This document shows, piece after piece, positions 38,012 to 49,000 of a stretch of 64,000 nt of DNA (positions are counted from its first letter, which is position 1; every line of letters begins with the position of its first letter). The DNA comes from a virus. The position numbers were made by a program, and so were the translations under genes. The stretch lies in IMG/VR virus record IMGVR_UViG_3300042542_004852; one strand, given 5' to 3'. A model generated the notes under the pieces. It saw nothing but the letters and a program-made list of their open reading frames with translations. It made no database searches and was not told where the DNA came from.

Positions 38012-40006
38012 TTATGGGAAATAAACCATTTGCGGAGAGCCGCTAAAAGAAGAAGCTCCACTAAATGCAGCGACATTATACCAGTAATAATTTCCTCCAC
38101 CTAATATGCCATAATCTTCATAAGTGTTAGCTGAACCACTAAAAATTTCATAATAATCAACGCTATCTTCAGAGCGATAAACAGAATATGAAACAGCATT
38201 AGTGGCTGAAGTCCAATTAATATCGCCAAATCCACCGCCATCAACGGCTGTAAAAGTAAACGATCCAAGCGAGTTTGGGCATTCGCTTACAGAACCATAA
38301 CCATCAGTATAATAATACGTTGTGCCATCATATACAAAGTATCCAGTATAGGGCACTGTCGCATTTATATCAGAATAAGCAAAATCACTAACGTTAAAAG
38401 TACTAACGAATGTATAAACTGTCGCAGCGCTAGCGGCGCAATTTGTTCCCACATGAGAATAAATTGGTGATGGCTCTGGCGGTGGCGGTGATGGCGGTGG
38501 TGCTGGTGGTGGTACTGGCGGGGGAGGAGGAGGTGGCGGCGCTGGCGGTGGCGGTGGCGGTTGTGTTGTAGTCGTTGTTGTTGATGGACTCGCTTCTGGA
38601 GAATCGCAATAGTTTATAAAATCTGCTGTATTATCCCTTGTTAAAAGAAGCAAGCCATCACTTGATAATCCTGGACTTGCGCAGATAGAAGGAATGATTC
38701 GAGTAGCGCTTGCGTCATTAAAATAAAGATAATTGTCAAGATCAATGCCAGAACCATCAATTGACTGCAATTTCAAACCCTCATAAGTGAACAACTGCGC
38801 ACCTTCTTTTTCTGATCTTTGGCCCCACTTCATCAGCAAACCATTCTGCTCATTGCAGGTAAAAGAAAAACCAAACTCAACAGTAAGATTAGAGGCGTAG
38901 TCAATGCTGTGACTATGAGATTCTAGCTTGGCATTGTCGATTTTTAAATATTTATTATTTGTTAAAAAGCCTTTGTAGTTTTGATCAGCATAACCAGAAA
39001 GAGTCCCAATGGATTGGTTAATATATTTTAACTCATTAGGGTCGATAAATTGAAGCTCAAGAGAGTATGATGGCTCATTGCTCATGGCTCCAGTAAGAAT
39101 CGGCACTCCAGAATTGAGCGCCAAAGCTGTTGCAGAAATATTTAAATTGCCAACAATTGGGAACTTAATTTTTTTATCATAAATGAAATCGCTGCCAAAA
39201 CCATAGCTTGCTTCACGCTCAATTCCAATCGAAAAACCAATCGAGGAAATTGCCGCATCTGCCCAAGGAGAGATTTTAATTGATGGAACTTGCGGATTTT
39301 CTGTGACTATATTAAATGCTGTTGTTTGATATGTTGGCAAAATTGGTTGGCCAGTAACCGAAGTATTTAAGGCATTAAGGTTAGTAATAAACTCAGAATT
39401 ATCAATGCTCAATTGAGCCGCTCCATCTTTATTGCCAACAGCAAGGTTAATAGCTGGAATGTTAACGAGATTCGAGGAAACCACTTGCATTTCCATGTTT
39501 ACCGCTTCCATCTGAATTGAAGTTTTTGGAAGACTCGCTGCTGCAATTGCTAAGTTATAGTTGCTTAGAGTGCAGTTGCCAAAAGAAATCATTTCCAAAC
39601 CATTTAAGTTGCCACGATCCTTAATTTGTTGGATTAAATCAAGTCCAAAAAGATCACTCAGGATAAAATAAAGATTGCATGATTGACCGTTGCTTCCTTT
39701 AAAGATGGATTGGAAATCCCCCCATCCTTTAAAAAACATTCCGAGCAAGTTTTCGTTATCGAACGTGAGTGAGGAAATATAATCGAAAGAAAGAGAAACG
39801 GTTGGCGAAAAAGCCAAGCTCTCAACTGAGAATTCTTGACCTCCAATTTGTTTTGAACGAATGCGATTGCCTTGAACGTCAAACGCAAGATTATCAACAA
39901 AAGCAATTGGAAATAAACCTCTTTTATATGGCGCAAAATCTTCCACTGCTTGAAAAGCAGGACTTAAATCAGAAGCTAAGATGATTGAATTGCTTTTAAT
40001 AATCAT
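38012..40006 (-). CDS. Tail-tube-paralogous tail/baseplate protein with a polyproline linker and C-terminal FN3-like domain
   Basis: SPTVSLSFDY and GNCTLSNYNL..AASLPK align with the tail tube; T6-QP6..SPPPP linker; INWTSATNAVSYSVYRS..Y.D...YWYNVAA (FN3-like). Confidence 0.65.
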   Translation of the reverse strand: MIIKSNSIILASDLSPAFQAVEDFAPYKRGLFPIAFVDNLAFDVQGNRIRSKQIGGQEFSVESLAFSPTVSLSFDYISSLTFDNENLLGMFFKGWGDFQSIFKGSNGQSCNLYFILSDLFGLDLIQQIKDRGNLNGLEMISFGNCTLSNYNLAIAAASLPKTSIQMEAVNMEMQVVSSNLVNIPAINLAVGNKDGAAQLSIDNSEFITNLNALNTSVTGQPILPTYQTTAFNIVTENPQVPSIKISPWADAAISSIGFSIGIEREASYGFGSDFIYDKKIKFPIVGNLNISATALALNSGVPILTGAMSNEPSYSLELQFIDPNELKYINQSIGTLSGYADQNYKGFLTNNKYLKIDNAKLESHSHSIDYASNLTVEFGFSFTCNEQNGLLMKWGQRSEKEGAQLFTYEGLKLQSIDGSGIDLDNYLYFNDASATRIIPSICASPGLSSDGLLLLTRDNTADFINYCDSPEASPSTTTTTTQPPPPPPAPPPPPPPPVPPPAPPPSPPPPEPSPIYSHVGTNCAASAATVYTFVSTFNVSDFAYSDINATVPYTGYFVYDGTTYYYTDGYGSVSECPNSLGSFTFTAVDGGGFGDINWTSATNAVSYSVYRSEDSVDYYEIFSGSANTYEDYGILGGGNYYWYNVAAFSGASSFSGSPQMVYFP

Positions 40007-42297
40007 GACATAAATATTCCAAATCGAGCATTAAATGGTCTGTGAAAACCAGAGTTTAAATTAAAAGAGGCATTATTAGAGAACACTAAGACCTCACCTA
40101 AATTTCCAATAAAATGTTTTGGCGATGCAGTTTCAGTTGCTCCCACAGATAGTTTAATGGCGCTTAAATTACTAACAGAAATTGTTCCAGTATTAGCGGT
40201 TCTGCCGTTAACATAACCAGTAAAATGTGTTGAATTACGAATAAAACCAATGGAATAATATTGATCAGTGTTGATACTGCCAGTTATAACATTAACATTG
40301 GCACCATCTCTAAATGTTACTGTTCCTCCGCTGTAAAACAAACCATAATCTTTTGATTGTGAAAAATTAATTAAGCACTGATCGCCAGTATTATTAAACT
40401 TTGCCAAAACAAAAGCTGATAAATAATCTCCAGAATTATTAATTCCACTTCCAGTCATGACAGACTGATTAAACCGATAAGTTGGTCTTGCAGCTATTTC
40501 GTTGTTTTGTTTTTCAACCCAAGTAGAAATAAATGGAGAATTATTTTGTAAAACTTTATACTCTCCCAAAGAAGAATTCCAACTTCCGCTGAGTTTTATT
40601 CCATCTAGTCCATCAAAAGAATTGCTCAACCAGATGGGAAACACGCTAGAATTTACATATCCAGTTGGAACAATTGGAAGAGTTAAATTTTTATAAAGCT
40701 GTGTCCAATTGCGATAATCTATTGATGCAACATATAAATAATCCAATCCAGACTGAGGAATAGGATTTAACAAGGTAAAGTTAAGATCGCTGTTAATAGT
40801 TAAAACTCCAGATTGTCCAGAGCCATAAGCCAATGCTTTTAAAGCTTGAGTAAAATCAGTTTGGAAAATACGATTTGAATTCAAATTTAAACCAGTTAAA
40901 GCAAAACAGTTATCAATATTAATATTTCTAAGAGCATTTCCTGACAAATTAATATTTTTAATTCCAGTCACTCCACTGCAATTAAAATTAGTCAATAAAT
41001 TGGAACTCACATCAATATTTGAAATATTCTTAGCATTATTAAAGTTAATTTCCGTAATGTAGTTATCAGAAAAATCAATTTGTTCTATATTGGCTTTAGG
41101 ATTAAAAGAAACATTTGAAAGATTTTGATATTTGCAATTTAAATACTCAATTGGTCGATAGATTTTTGTATCTCTTAGCGGCCAGTTTCCCCAATTGATA
41201 TTGATGTTTTGGCCAGTTGACGAAAGTTTTTCGCCAGAGGTATCAACGACACATATTTCATCTGATGGCGTTAGCTGCATAGACAAACTATCAGAAACTG
41301 TAGATTGGCCCAAAATTAAACTAGGAGAATCTGTGAGTTTTTTTAATCCCAGTGGGTCTTCAACCAAGGTAACTCTTAAATTATTTGAATCTTGATAATT
41401 CCAAGAATGCGACCAGTCTTCAGCATAAAAGATTTTTGGTCTGTTATAGATTTTGGGCAAATTAAAAATAAATTTTCTATAGCCAAGTTTATTTTCCAAG
41501 AAATGCAACATTGACTTGAGTTTAAAATCAGAAATATTTTTATATTCTAAAGTTAATGATTGAATAGCATGGATATTTTGATTATCCTTGATTCTTTGAG
41601 AGAAGGAATTTTTAAATTCGTTTTTAGTATTTTTAGGCTGCGTTTCAACAGACATGCCCAAATCATTTTCGTAAAAAAATTCTTGCGTCCAATAGTCTGA
41701 ATTAATTGGAGAAGCTTCTAAAGAACTAACGTGATCTTCTTTGCAATAAAAAAAATTATCAAAAAAATTATCTGCCTGCAATGAAAAATATATTGGCTGA
41801 TATTTTTGGTAAAATTGTCCAGTTTTCCAGCTAATGAAATCATAATTAACAAAAGACATTCCGCTCCAGTTTAAGAAAGACGAATTCCTCTCAACAGAAA
41901 ATTTCAAATTAATACTGTACAAATTATTGTTTAGCATTTGAACGCCAAACGAATCTACGAAACCAGTTAGACTTCTATATATCTGAGAAACATCATTAAC
42001 GGCAAAAGCTCCAGTGCCACTTTGGCTTTCAAAAAAGTTGATTATTTTTTGAGCATCATTTTCATTAACATTAAAATTCAAATTACAATCGGCAACAATG
42101 TTGTTTAAAGTTATAGGAATTGAGGTATATGTATTATTGTTATACATATACTTATTTTTCTTACATAAAAAATTAATTGTTGAACCGTAACTTGGACTGA
42201 AATCAAAAGAATTTAAATTAGCAATACCCGACAGATTTCTATCTCGATTGTAGAAATATTGCGAATTAATTTGATAACCATTGTAAGCTGTTGACAT
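40003..42297 (-). CDS. Distal tail / minor tail protein with CBM-like, LRR and LamG-like domains
   Basis: Two gpM/Dit-like halves (IINFFESQSG; MLHFLENKLGYRKF) around a W..G..Y...FYC...H.S module; LRRs IDFSDN, IDVSSN, LNLNSN; C-terminal YVNG..LSVGA..FIGNLGEV. Confidence 0.6.
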   Translation of the reverse strand: MSTAYNGYQINSQYFYNRDRNLSGIANLNSFDFSPSYGSTINFLCKKNKYMYNNNTYTSIPITLNNIVADCNLNFNVNENDAQKIINFFESQSGTGAFAVNDVSQIYRSLTGFVDSFGVQMLNNNLYSINLKFSVERNSSFLNWSGMSFVNYDFISWKTGQFYQKYQPIYFSLQADNFFDNFFYCKEDHVSSLEASPINSDYWTQEFFYENDLGMSVETQPKNTKNEFKNSFSQRIKDNQNIHAIQSLTLEYKNISDFKLKSMLHFLENKLGYRKFIFNLPKIYNRPKIFYAEDWSHSWNYQDSNNLRVTLVEDPLGLKKLTDSPSLILGQSTVSDSLSMQLTPSDEICVVDTSGEKLSSTGQNININWGNWPLRDTKIYRPIEYLNCKYQNLSNVSFNPKANIEQIDFSDNYITEINFNNAKNISNIDVSSNLLTNFNCSGVTGIKNINLSGNALRNINIDNCFALTGLNLNSNRIFQTDFTQALKALAYGSGQSGVLTINSDLNFTLLNPIPQSGLDYLYVASIDYRNWTQLYKNLTLPIVPTGYVNSSVFPIWLSNSFDGLDGIKLSGSWNSSLGEYKVLQNNSPFISTWVEKQNNEIAARPTYRFNQSVMTGSGINNSGDYLSAFVLAKFNNTGDQCLINFSQSKDYGLFYSGGTVTFRDGANVNVITGSINTDQYYSIGFIRNSTHFTGYVNGRTANTGTISVSNLSAIKLSVGATETASPKHFIGNLGEVLVFSNNASFNLNSGFHRPFNARFGIFMS

Positions 42298-43097
42298 TAT
42301 AAATATCCTATGTAATTGTTAACAATACTCAGTGAACTATCAGAGCTTGAGGAAAGCTGCTGAGAAATTTCCTGAATATTAGGAATAGTTAAATGAATCA
42401 TTTCACTATTATTATCTCTGCTTTTGACTGAAATATCAAATTGTTTTTGTTCTGCGCTAGTTAAAAAGAATTCGTGGTTTTCTAAAGTCATATTAGAAGC
42501 ATCAAAAGTGAGCGAAGCAGAGACGTTAACTGGCGGCAAAAATACCACCTCATCAACTTCTTTTGCGCTATCAAGAGAATAAATTCCTTGGCGATTAATT
42601 GAATACTCGAAAGAAAAACTTTTTACTCTATTGTTTGATGTGTTATCTCCAGAAACAGAGATTGACCTTGGGCTTGGAATAAAAAGACTTGGATGCTCTT
42701 GCGTTTTTAAAACTTCTAGCGATGGTTCTAATTTTCCATAAACAGTGATGCCGCAAGAGATTGAAGGAATCTCGCCAACCGTGCAGGAAATGCCATATTG
42801 GTTCAAGAACCCGCTTGTAAATCCATAAGATTTTCCGTTATAACTTAAACTGCCAGAAAAACTAGAGTCGCCAGTAAAAGCCAAAAGCGGGTCTTGGTAC
42901 AACATGCTGCGCTGTAAAGATATTTCGGCTTGGATTGGATTGTTGAGATTATAGCCATAAGTTGATCCTAGTGTTAAAGAATTTTCTAATGGGACACTGT
43001 AATTAATACTGATGCTCTCAACTCCAGAAAGTTGATAGCCATTAACAACAAAAACTTGATCGTATGGTTGAACTGAAAGTGATCGGTCTATGCTCAT
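42297..43097 (-). CDS. Tail-tube-like baseplate-proximal protein
   Basis: Directly after the TMP; GFLNQYGISCTVGEIPSIS aligns with tube GFITDYTLNAAVGDLPTVS. Confidence 0.6.
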   Translation of the reverse strand: MSIDRSLSVQPYDQVFVVNGYQLSGVESISINYSVPLENSLTLGSTYGYNLNNPIQAEISLQRSMLYQDPLLAFTGDSSFSGSLSYNGKSYGFTSGFLNQYGISCTVGEIPSISCGITVYGKLEPSLEVLKTQEHPSLFIPSPRSISVSGDNTSNNRVKSFSFEYSINRQGIYSLDSAKEVDEVVFLPPVNVSASLTFDASNMTLENHEFFLTSAEQKQFDISVKSRDNNSEMIHLTIPNIQEISQQLSSSSDSSLSIVNNYIGYL

Positions 43098-46000
43098 CGT
43101 GATTTTTCAAGCGATCCTCCTAGTCTTTTTTCTTGAGCGATAACATCTAACACAGCTTGGCGGATTTTCTTTTGAAGCTCTCTATCTCTTTCATTCATAT
43201 CCGCAGGGTTTTCTTCCTGTTGATCAGTGGATGAAACATTAACAACCACATTGCTCTGAGAAGAGTTTGAAGTTGTCTGAATCAGTTCGTCAAGTTTGGA
43301 AATTAAAGCTTGAGTCATTTCAGCAGAAGAGCTTTCGCTGCCAACTGATTGACCGTTGTTTAACTTATTAAGGTTTTGAACACCAAGGCGTTGAGTGGCG
43401 CGATTGTTGAGAACAAATTCGCCACCAGTAAGCATCGCTGGAACGTCGTCTTTGGTTCCAGAGCCACCAGAAATTAAACCGCCAGAAGCGCGTTTTATAT
43501 ATGGATTATAACGACCATCTGTTGAGTAAGGGACTATCTCCTGTTGTATATATGATGGTAATGGTAGAAGAGAATTGTCTGAGCCGCTGCCCTGAGCTTT
43601 CGGGCCTGAACTTTTATTGAAAAAACCTTTGAATTGAGAAAACAAATTGGCCAAACTAAATTTCTTCAAGAAAGAATTGTTAGTTTGTAAATTTGTGCTT
43701 TCTGTTATCGTAGGTTGTAGTGTTGACGACATTACTCCTTGAACTGACTGGCTTGCTATATTCCCACTCATTGCATTTTGCCTAGCGATAGCTAAATCAG
43801 AAAGCTGAGTTCCTGTTCCTTTAAAAATATTAGCTAATCCACCTTGACCACCTGCACCAGTGAACATGCCTTTTGCTCCAGCCATGAATTTTGCTCCAAA
43901 GCCAAAGGTTTTTCCACCAGCGGCAGCGGTTTTTGCACCAGAAGCAATAGCATTTTTTGCTCCAGACAGCATGGCACTACCAGCAAAATTAAGAGCAGTA
44001 GATGCAACTGCTGAAATGATTGCCATTTGTAATTGTTTTTTACGAGCTTTTTTATCTTTGGCAATTTGATCCAACAATTGAGAGTATTCTTTTTCTTTTT
44101 GTAATCCTTGTAAATAAACTCCAAAAGCCTCATCTTTTGACTGCTGAACTCTTTCAAACATTGGGCTGTTCTCTCTGCCGAAAGAAGAGAGTCGAGCGCT
44201 TTCTGGCTCCAAGCCAACGCTTGCGCCACTCATTCCAAAGCCGCCCATGTAGTCATATTGACCACCAGTAAAGCTTTGGGTTGCAAAAGTGAGAAGTTCG
44301 TTTTTGCCAGTGATTGCGCCTTGGCCATAGTCGCCAGGAGTAAAGAATCCACTACGGCCAGTTTGTGTTGGGAATGTTTCTGGATCAACTAAACCGCCAG
44401 TGGCGTAGCCGCGCATGTTGCCGCTGTTGATGGCATCAAGGAATCCTTTGCCGTATTTATTGACAGCAGATTTTTTCACAACATATTCGCCGCCCATGAG
44501 CATTGCTGGCACATCGTCTTTGGTTCCAGAGCCGCCTTTAATAAAACCGCCAGAAGCTTTGGTGGTTACACCGCCAGGGAAAGCTGATTTTAAAGCACTA
44601 AACCCAGTATTCGCCAAGCTTCCCAACCCACCAGTAACCATGTCAGCAAGGTTAGAAATGTTCTTGCGTGTGATTTCTTGGAAGAAACTTGTGGCAGCGT
44701 CAGTGAGCGCTGTTTTAAGGTCTTTCGCGCCACTGATTGCATCGTTCAATCCTTGAGCAAGATTAGAAGAGAACAAGTTCGGAATCTCTTCGCCAAGAGT
44801 TGTGCGATAGTTGTCAATGCGTTCTTGAATAGTGTCCAAGCCTTTTTCGAAGCCTCTTCCGCCGCTTCTTTGTTCTGCGGTTTGTTTATTTTTTAGATCA
44901 GCAAGCTCTTCAACTGTTGCTCCCTGCTCTTTAAGAGCTAAAAACTCTTTTAAATATTTTAATTCATATTCTAGTTCGCGGCGACGAGTGGCAGATTCAG
45001 CAGTGGCAAGTTCAAATCCTTTTTCGCGTAAAGCTGTTTGAGCAGCGATAGTGGCTAAATCTTGTTCTCCGCCCTGCTTTGGAGCTTTAGAAATAACGTC
45101 TTGCTTGATTAAATTAGAAGCAAGATCATTCGGGTTAGTGGATTGTAATGCTCCAAATTTAAGATCAGCAAGTTCTCTAGGAAGCGATCCAAAATAATCT
45201 CTAATACGCTGACTGAGCATGAGTGAAACATCTGACATCTCACCAATGCTTTGAGACAGTTCTTGTGTTGCTGTTTTTGCTTTTTCTGTCGCTACAGTAG
45301 CTCTATCATTAGCTAATGTTCCTTGTTGATTTAAATCAGTACCTTTTGCTGTAGATTTGTTATTTTCATCTTGAGCTTCGGTCATTTTTTCAGTAAGTTC
45401 TTTTCTTCGCTGTTCAATTTCAGCTAAACGTTTGGCGCTTTCAGGAGTTAATCCTGATGTTCCAGGCTGAGGCAAACTATCTAATTGATCTTGTAAATTT
45501 TTAATTGCTAAATCTGCTAGTGCTTTGTCTTGATCAGTAAAATTCCCGTTTTTTATTTCTTGCGCATTTTTCAACTCTGACATTATTTTTTCCTTGGCGA
45601 GTGCGGTCAAAATAATACTAGAAAATTTTTCAGCACTGCCAACAATAGTAACATCAAACATGTCTGCTGTTAATTTAGTTTGCGCAAAAGCTAAATCAGA
45701 AGCTTTTTTTTCTGCATCTTGTATGTTTTTAGCAATATCATTTAACGATGTTTGTCCAATAAATTGTAAAGCTCCAATCTGTTCCTTTGTATTTTCACCT
45801 GTTAGTGGCGAGGTCAGGGCCGATTGTTGTGCATTATAGATTTGATTGCGAATATCTCTTTTTTGATTAAAAGGTAAACTATCTGGTATTTCGCTTTGCA
45901 AGTTAGAAAGCTCGTCAGAAATAGTTTTTCTAAAATCAGTAATGACATCTTGTATTTCTCTATCTCTAGTAACAGAAACCCTGTCCTTTTGTTTGGAAAG

Positions 46001-49000
46001 TTTTGCCGATTCACTTAGGCCAATTAAACTTCTTTCAAATTTAGTATCTTCAATTTCTCTACGAGTTTTTAAAATTTCTTGATCAAGCCCAAAAGTTTTT
46101 TCTAAAGTTTTTACTTGTTTTTCTATAGCTTTAGTAAGTTTTTCTTCCGCAAGTGAGCGTTGATCAATGAGAGTTTTATTAGCAAAATCTAATTTTGCCT
46201 GAGCTTGTTTTAGTTTTAACTGTCTATCTAATTCAAGATTTGTTTTCTTATTTTGTTCGTATTCTTTCGCCGCTGCTTCAGGATCAATAAATGATATTAA
46301 TCCTTTTTCTTGTATTAATCTAACTAACTCTTCTGCGGAACCCTGTGATTTTGCAAGAAAATCCTGAACTTCCTTTAAGCCAGATAGCGTTTTTTCATCA
46401 ACTGCGCTACTGCCAATACCACTTGTCAATTTTTCAGATACGCTAGTGTTAATTTTTTCTAATTGAGCAGCAAGATTTTTAGCTTTTTCAGCTCCAGTGT
46501 CTAACTCAATTTCTTTTAAAGAATTCTGAAACTCTCCGAAACTTTTTGCAGTATTTGAAAGAGAAGAATCTAATTCCAAAAGAGTTTTATTTGAAAATTT
46601 AGAAAACGCGGTATCTAAATCAATTTTTAAAATGCTATCTCTAAGAGCGTTGTACTCAGAAGCTAACGATGCAACTAAAATTTCATTTTCTTTTAATCTA
46701 TTAATTACAGATTTAGTCTGTTCGCTTGATAATTTTTGAGCATCTGCGAAATCCTTTGCTCTTTTGATATTTTCTCCAATAATAACTGATTCTTTTAAGA
46801 ATATATTTAATCTATCTTGATTTTCCTGTGTAGATAAATCTATTTTTCTTGCTCCGCCTTTGGAAAGATTCCCTTGGATAAAAGCCTCTGTTTGTCCAGC
46901 TATGTTTTCTTTATTTATTCCTCTGGCAGCATATCCAGCATTGATAGACTGAATTACTTTTGTAATTTCATCCTCTGCCAAGGTATTGCCTGCGGCGTTT
47001 TCATAGGTTTTTCCTGCAAAAGAAACTTGATCCCTTAATCCAAGAGAAGTAATTTCTCTTCCTATTTCTGTCCAAGTTCTACTATTAAAACCTTTATTAG
47101 CTACATTTAGAGCCTCTTTACCAAAATCGGTAAGAGAAGAAGTGACTTCATTTACTGATTGATCAAGCCTGTCAAAAGCAACTGACATGTCTTTTTTGAA
47201 GAATCCTTTAACTCCTTCGCCAATAGTATTTGCAATATAAGCGGCAGTTAAAACTTGTCCAACAACAGGAATAGCTTTTGTAGTTGCTGCGCCAATTTTT
47301 GATAAACGACCACCTATGCCACTAATAGCACCAGCAATAGGCTTGGCTCCAAGTATTTTTTTGAATGGTGCGGATACTTTATCTCCTAAGCCTTTTAAAA
47401 TATCTTGACCACCTTTAAAGCTGGATAAAAAGAAATACATTTGAGACAATCCGCCAATAACCTGAGTCAAGCTTTGTCCAAATTTTGCAGCAGTTCCTCC
47501 AGCCTCTTCCAAACCAGTAGTTAAAAATGTCATAGCGCTTTGAGCAATAATTAATTTACCAGCTAAATCAGCAAAGCCCTCTTTCGCTTCTTTTGGAGCT
47601 TGTACAAGCTGATTTTGAGCAGCTTGAAAAGCTTTTAAACCAGCACCAGTCTGAGTATTTAATTTATTTTTATTAACTTGAATGCCTGTTACGAATTTTT
47701 CAAGTTCCTTAATCGCATCTTCTTGCGTGATTTTATTTTTAGCTAATTTTTTATTAATTTCATCAATTAAATTTGCAAAACCTGTAAGTTGTTGATTGAC
47801 TGATTTTGGTAAAGATGCTCCAAAAGCTTTTCGATCAATTGGCGCAGGAGCAAAATTCGGCACAAATCCATTTGCCGCGCCATAAAGCTTTGGATTCACG
47901 CCTTCCTTGCGTGCGCGAGCGATGCCTTGGAAACCGCCAGCAGGCTCGTCTCTTCGATTGGCCACCATTAACCCCATTGGGTTCATGGATGATTTTAAAG
48001 CAGCGCTTTGATCAACATAGATTTGTGAATCTGAAAGACCAGCGCTTTTTTCGCGAGCAATAGCTTGCTGTAAAGCAGCAGCAGCAAAGTTTGGAACGTA
48101 ACCAGCGGAGGCATTAAACTTTTGTATGCCACCAGCTTTTTTTAGTTTTTCAATACTTTCTAGTGAAACTTTTCCTTCGAAGTTTCTTGCAATTGCAAAA
48201 TTAAAAAGTCCTTTTGATGCGCTTGTGCTCTGTAAAGTTCTCAAAACATCTTTTTCACTGCGAATTTGAGAAGTTGGGCCTGGCGCTTTAGTTGGTTTTA
48301 TTAATTTTTCAACGTTTTTTTGACTTTGTTCTTTATAAATTTTAGATGCAAAACTTTCTCTAGTAGAATCATTATCGGCGTATTTAGCCTCAACAAAATC
48401 AACAGTATTAGGAATTCCAAAAAATTTATTAAATTTTGAGTTGGCTACTCCTTTAAAGTCAAAAAGAGCATTTGAATTTCTCTCTGATTGAGCTTTTAAT
48501 AGTTCTTCGTCTTGAAGAGCGGAGCTAATAGCACTTTCAAAAATAGAACCAACCAAACTTGGAACAGAGCCTTTATTAGATAATTGAGTAGCCGCTATTG
48601 GAGATAAAGGTTTACCAATAAGATCATTCGAGTAGTCAGAAGCATCTTGCAAAGCTAAATCGGTATATTTTTTTTCTAAGCTTTGAGAGCTGTATTTTTG
48701 ATTAAATTTTTGCAGCTTACTTGTATTTTTCAAACTCTCAATATCTTGAATTCCATAAATATCAGCTAAGTAGCTGACTCTTTCGCCGTCTCTAGGTTTA
48801 TAAGAAATTAATTGTTTTTTTCTAGCGCCTCCTAAATCATTAACAAGCATTGCGTACTTGTCGCCAGTCTTTTCAACCCCTAAATCTTCTGAAGCTAAGA
48901 CTTTTTCTTTTGAGCGCAATATTTCAAATCTCTTCTTTGATGTAGCTGGGTCTGCTAATTGAACGCTTTTTTGCAAAGCTCTAATAAATTTAAAATTATT

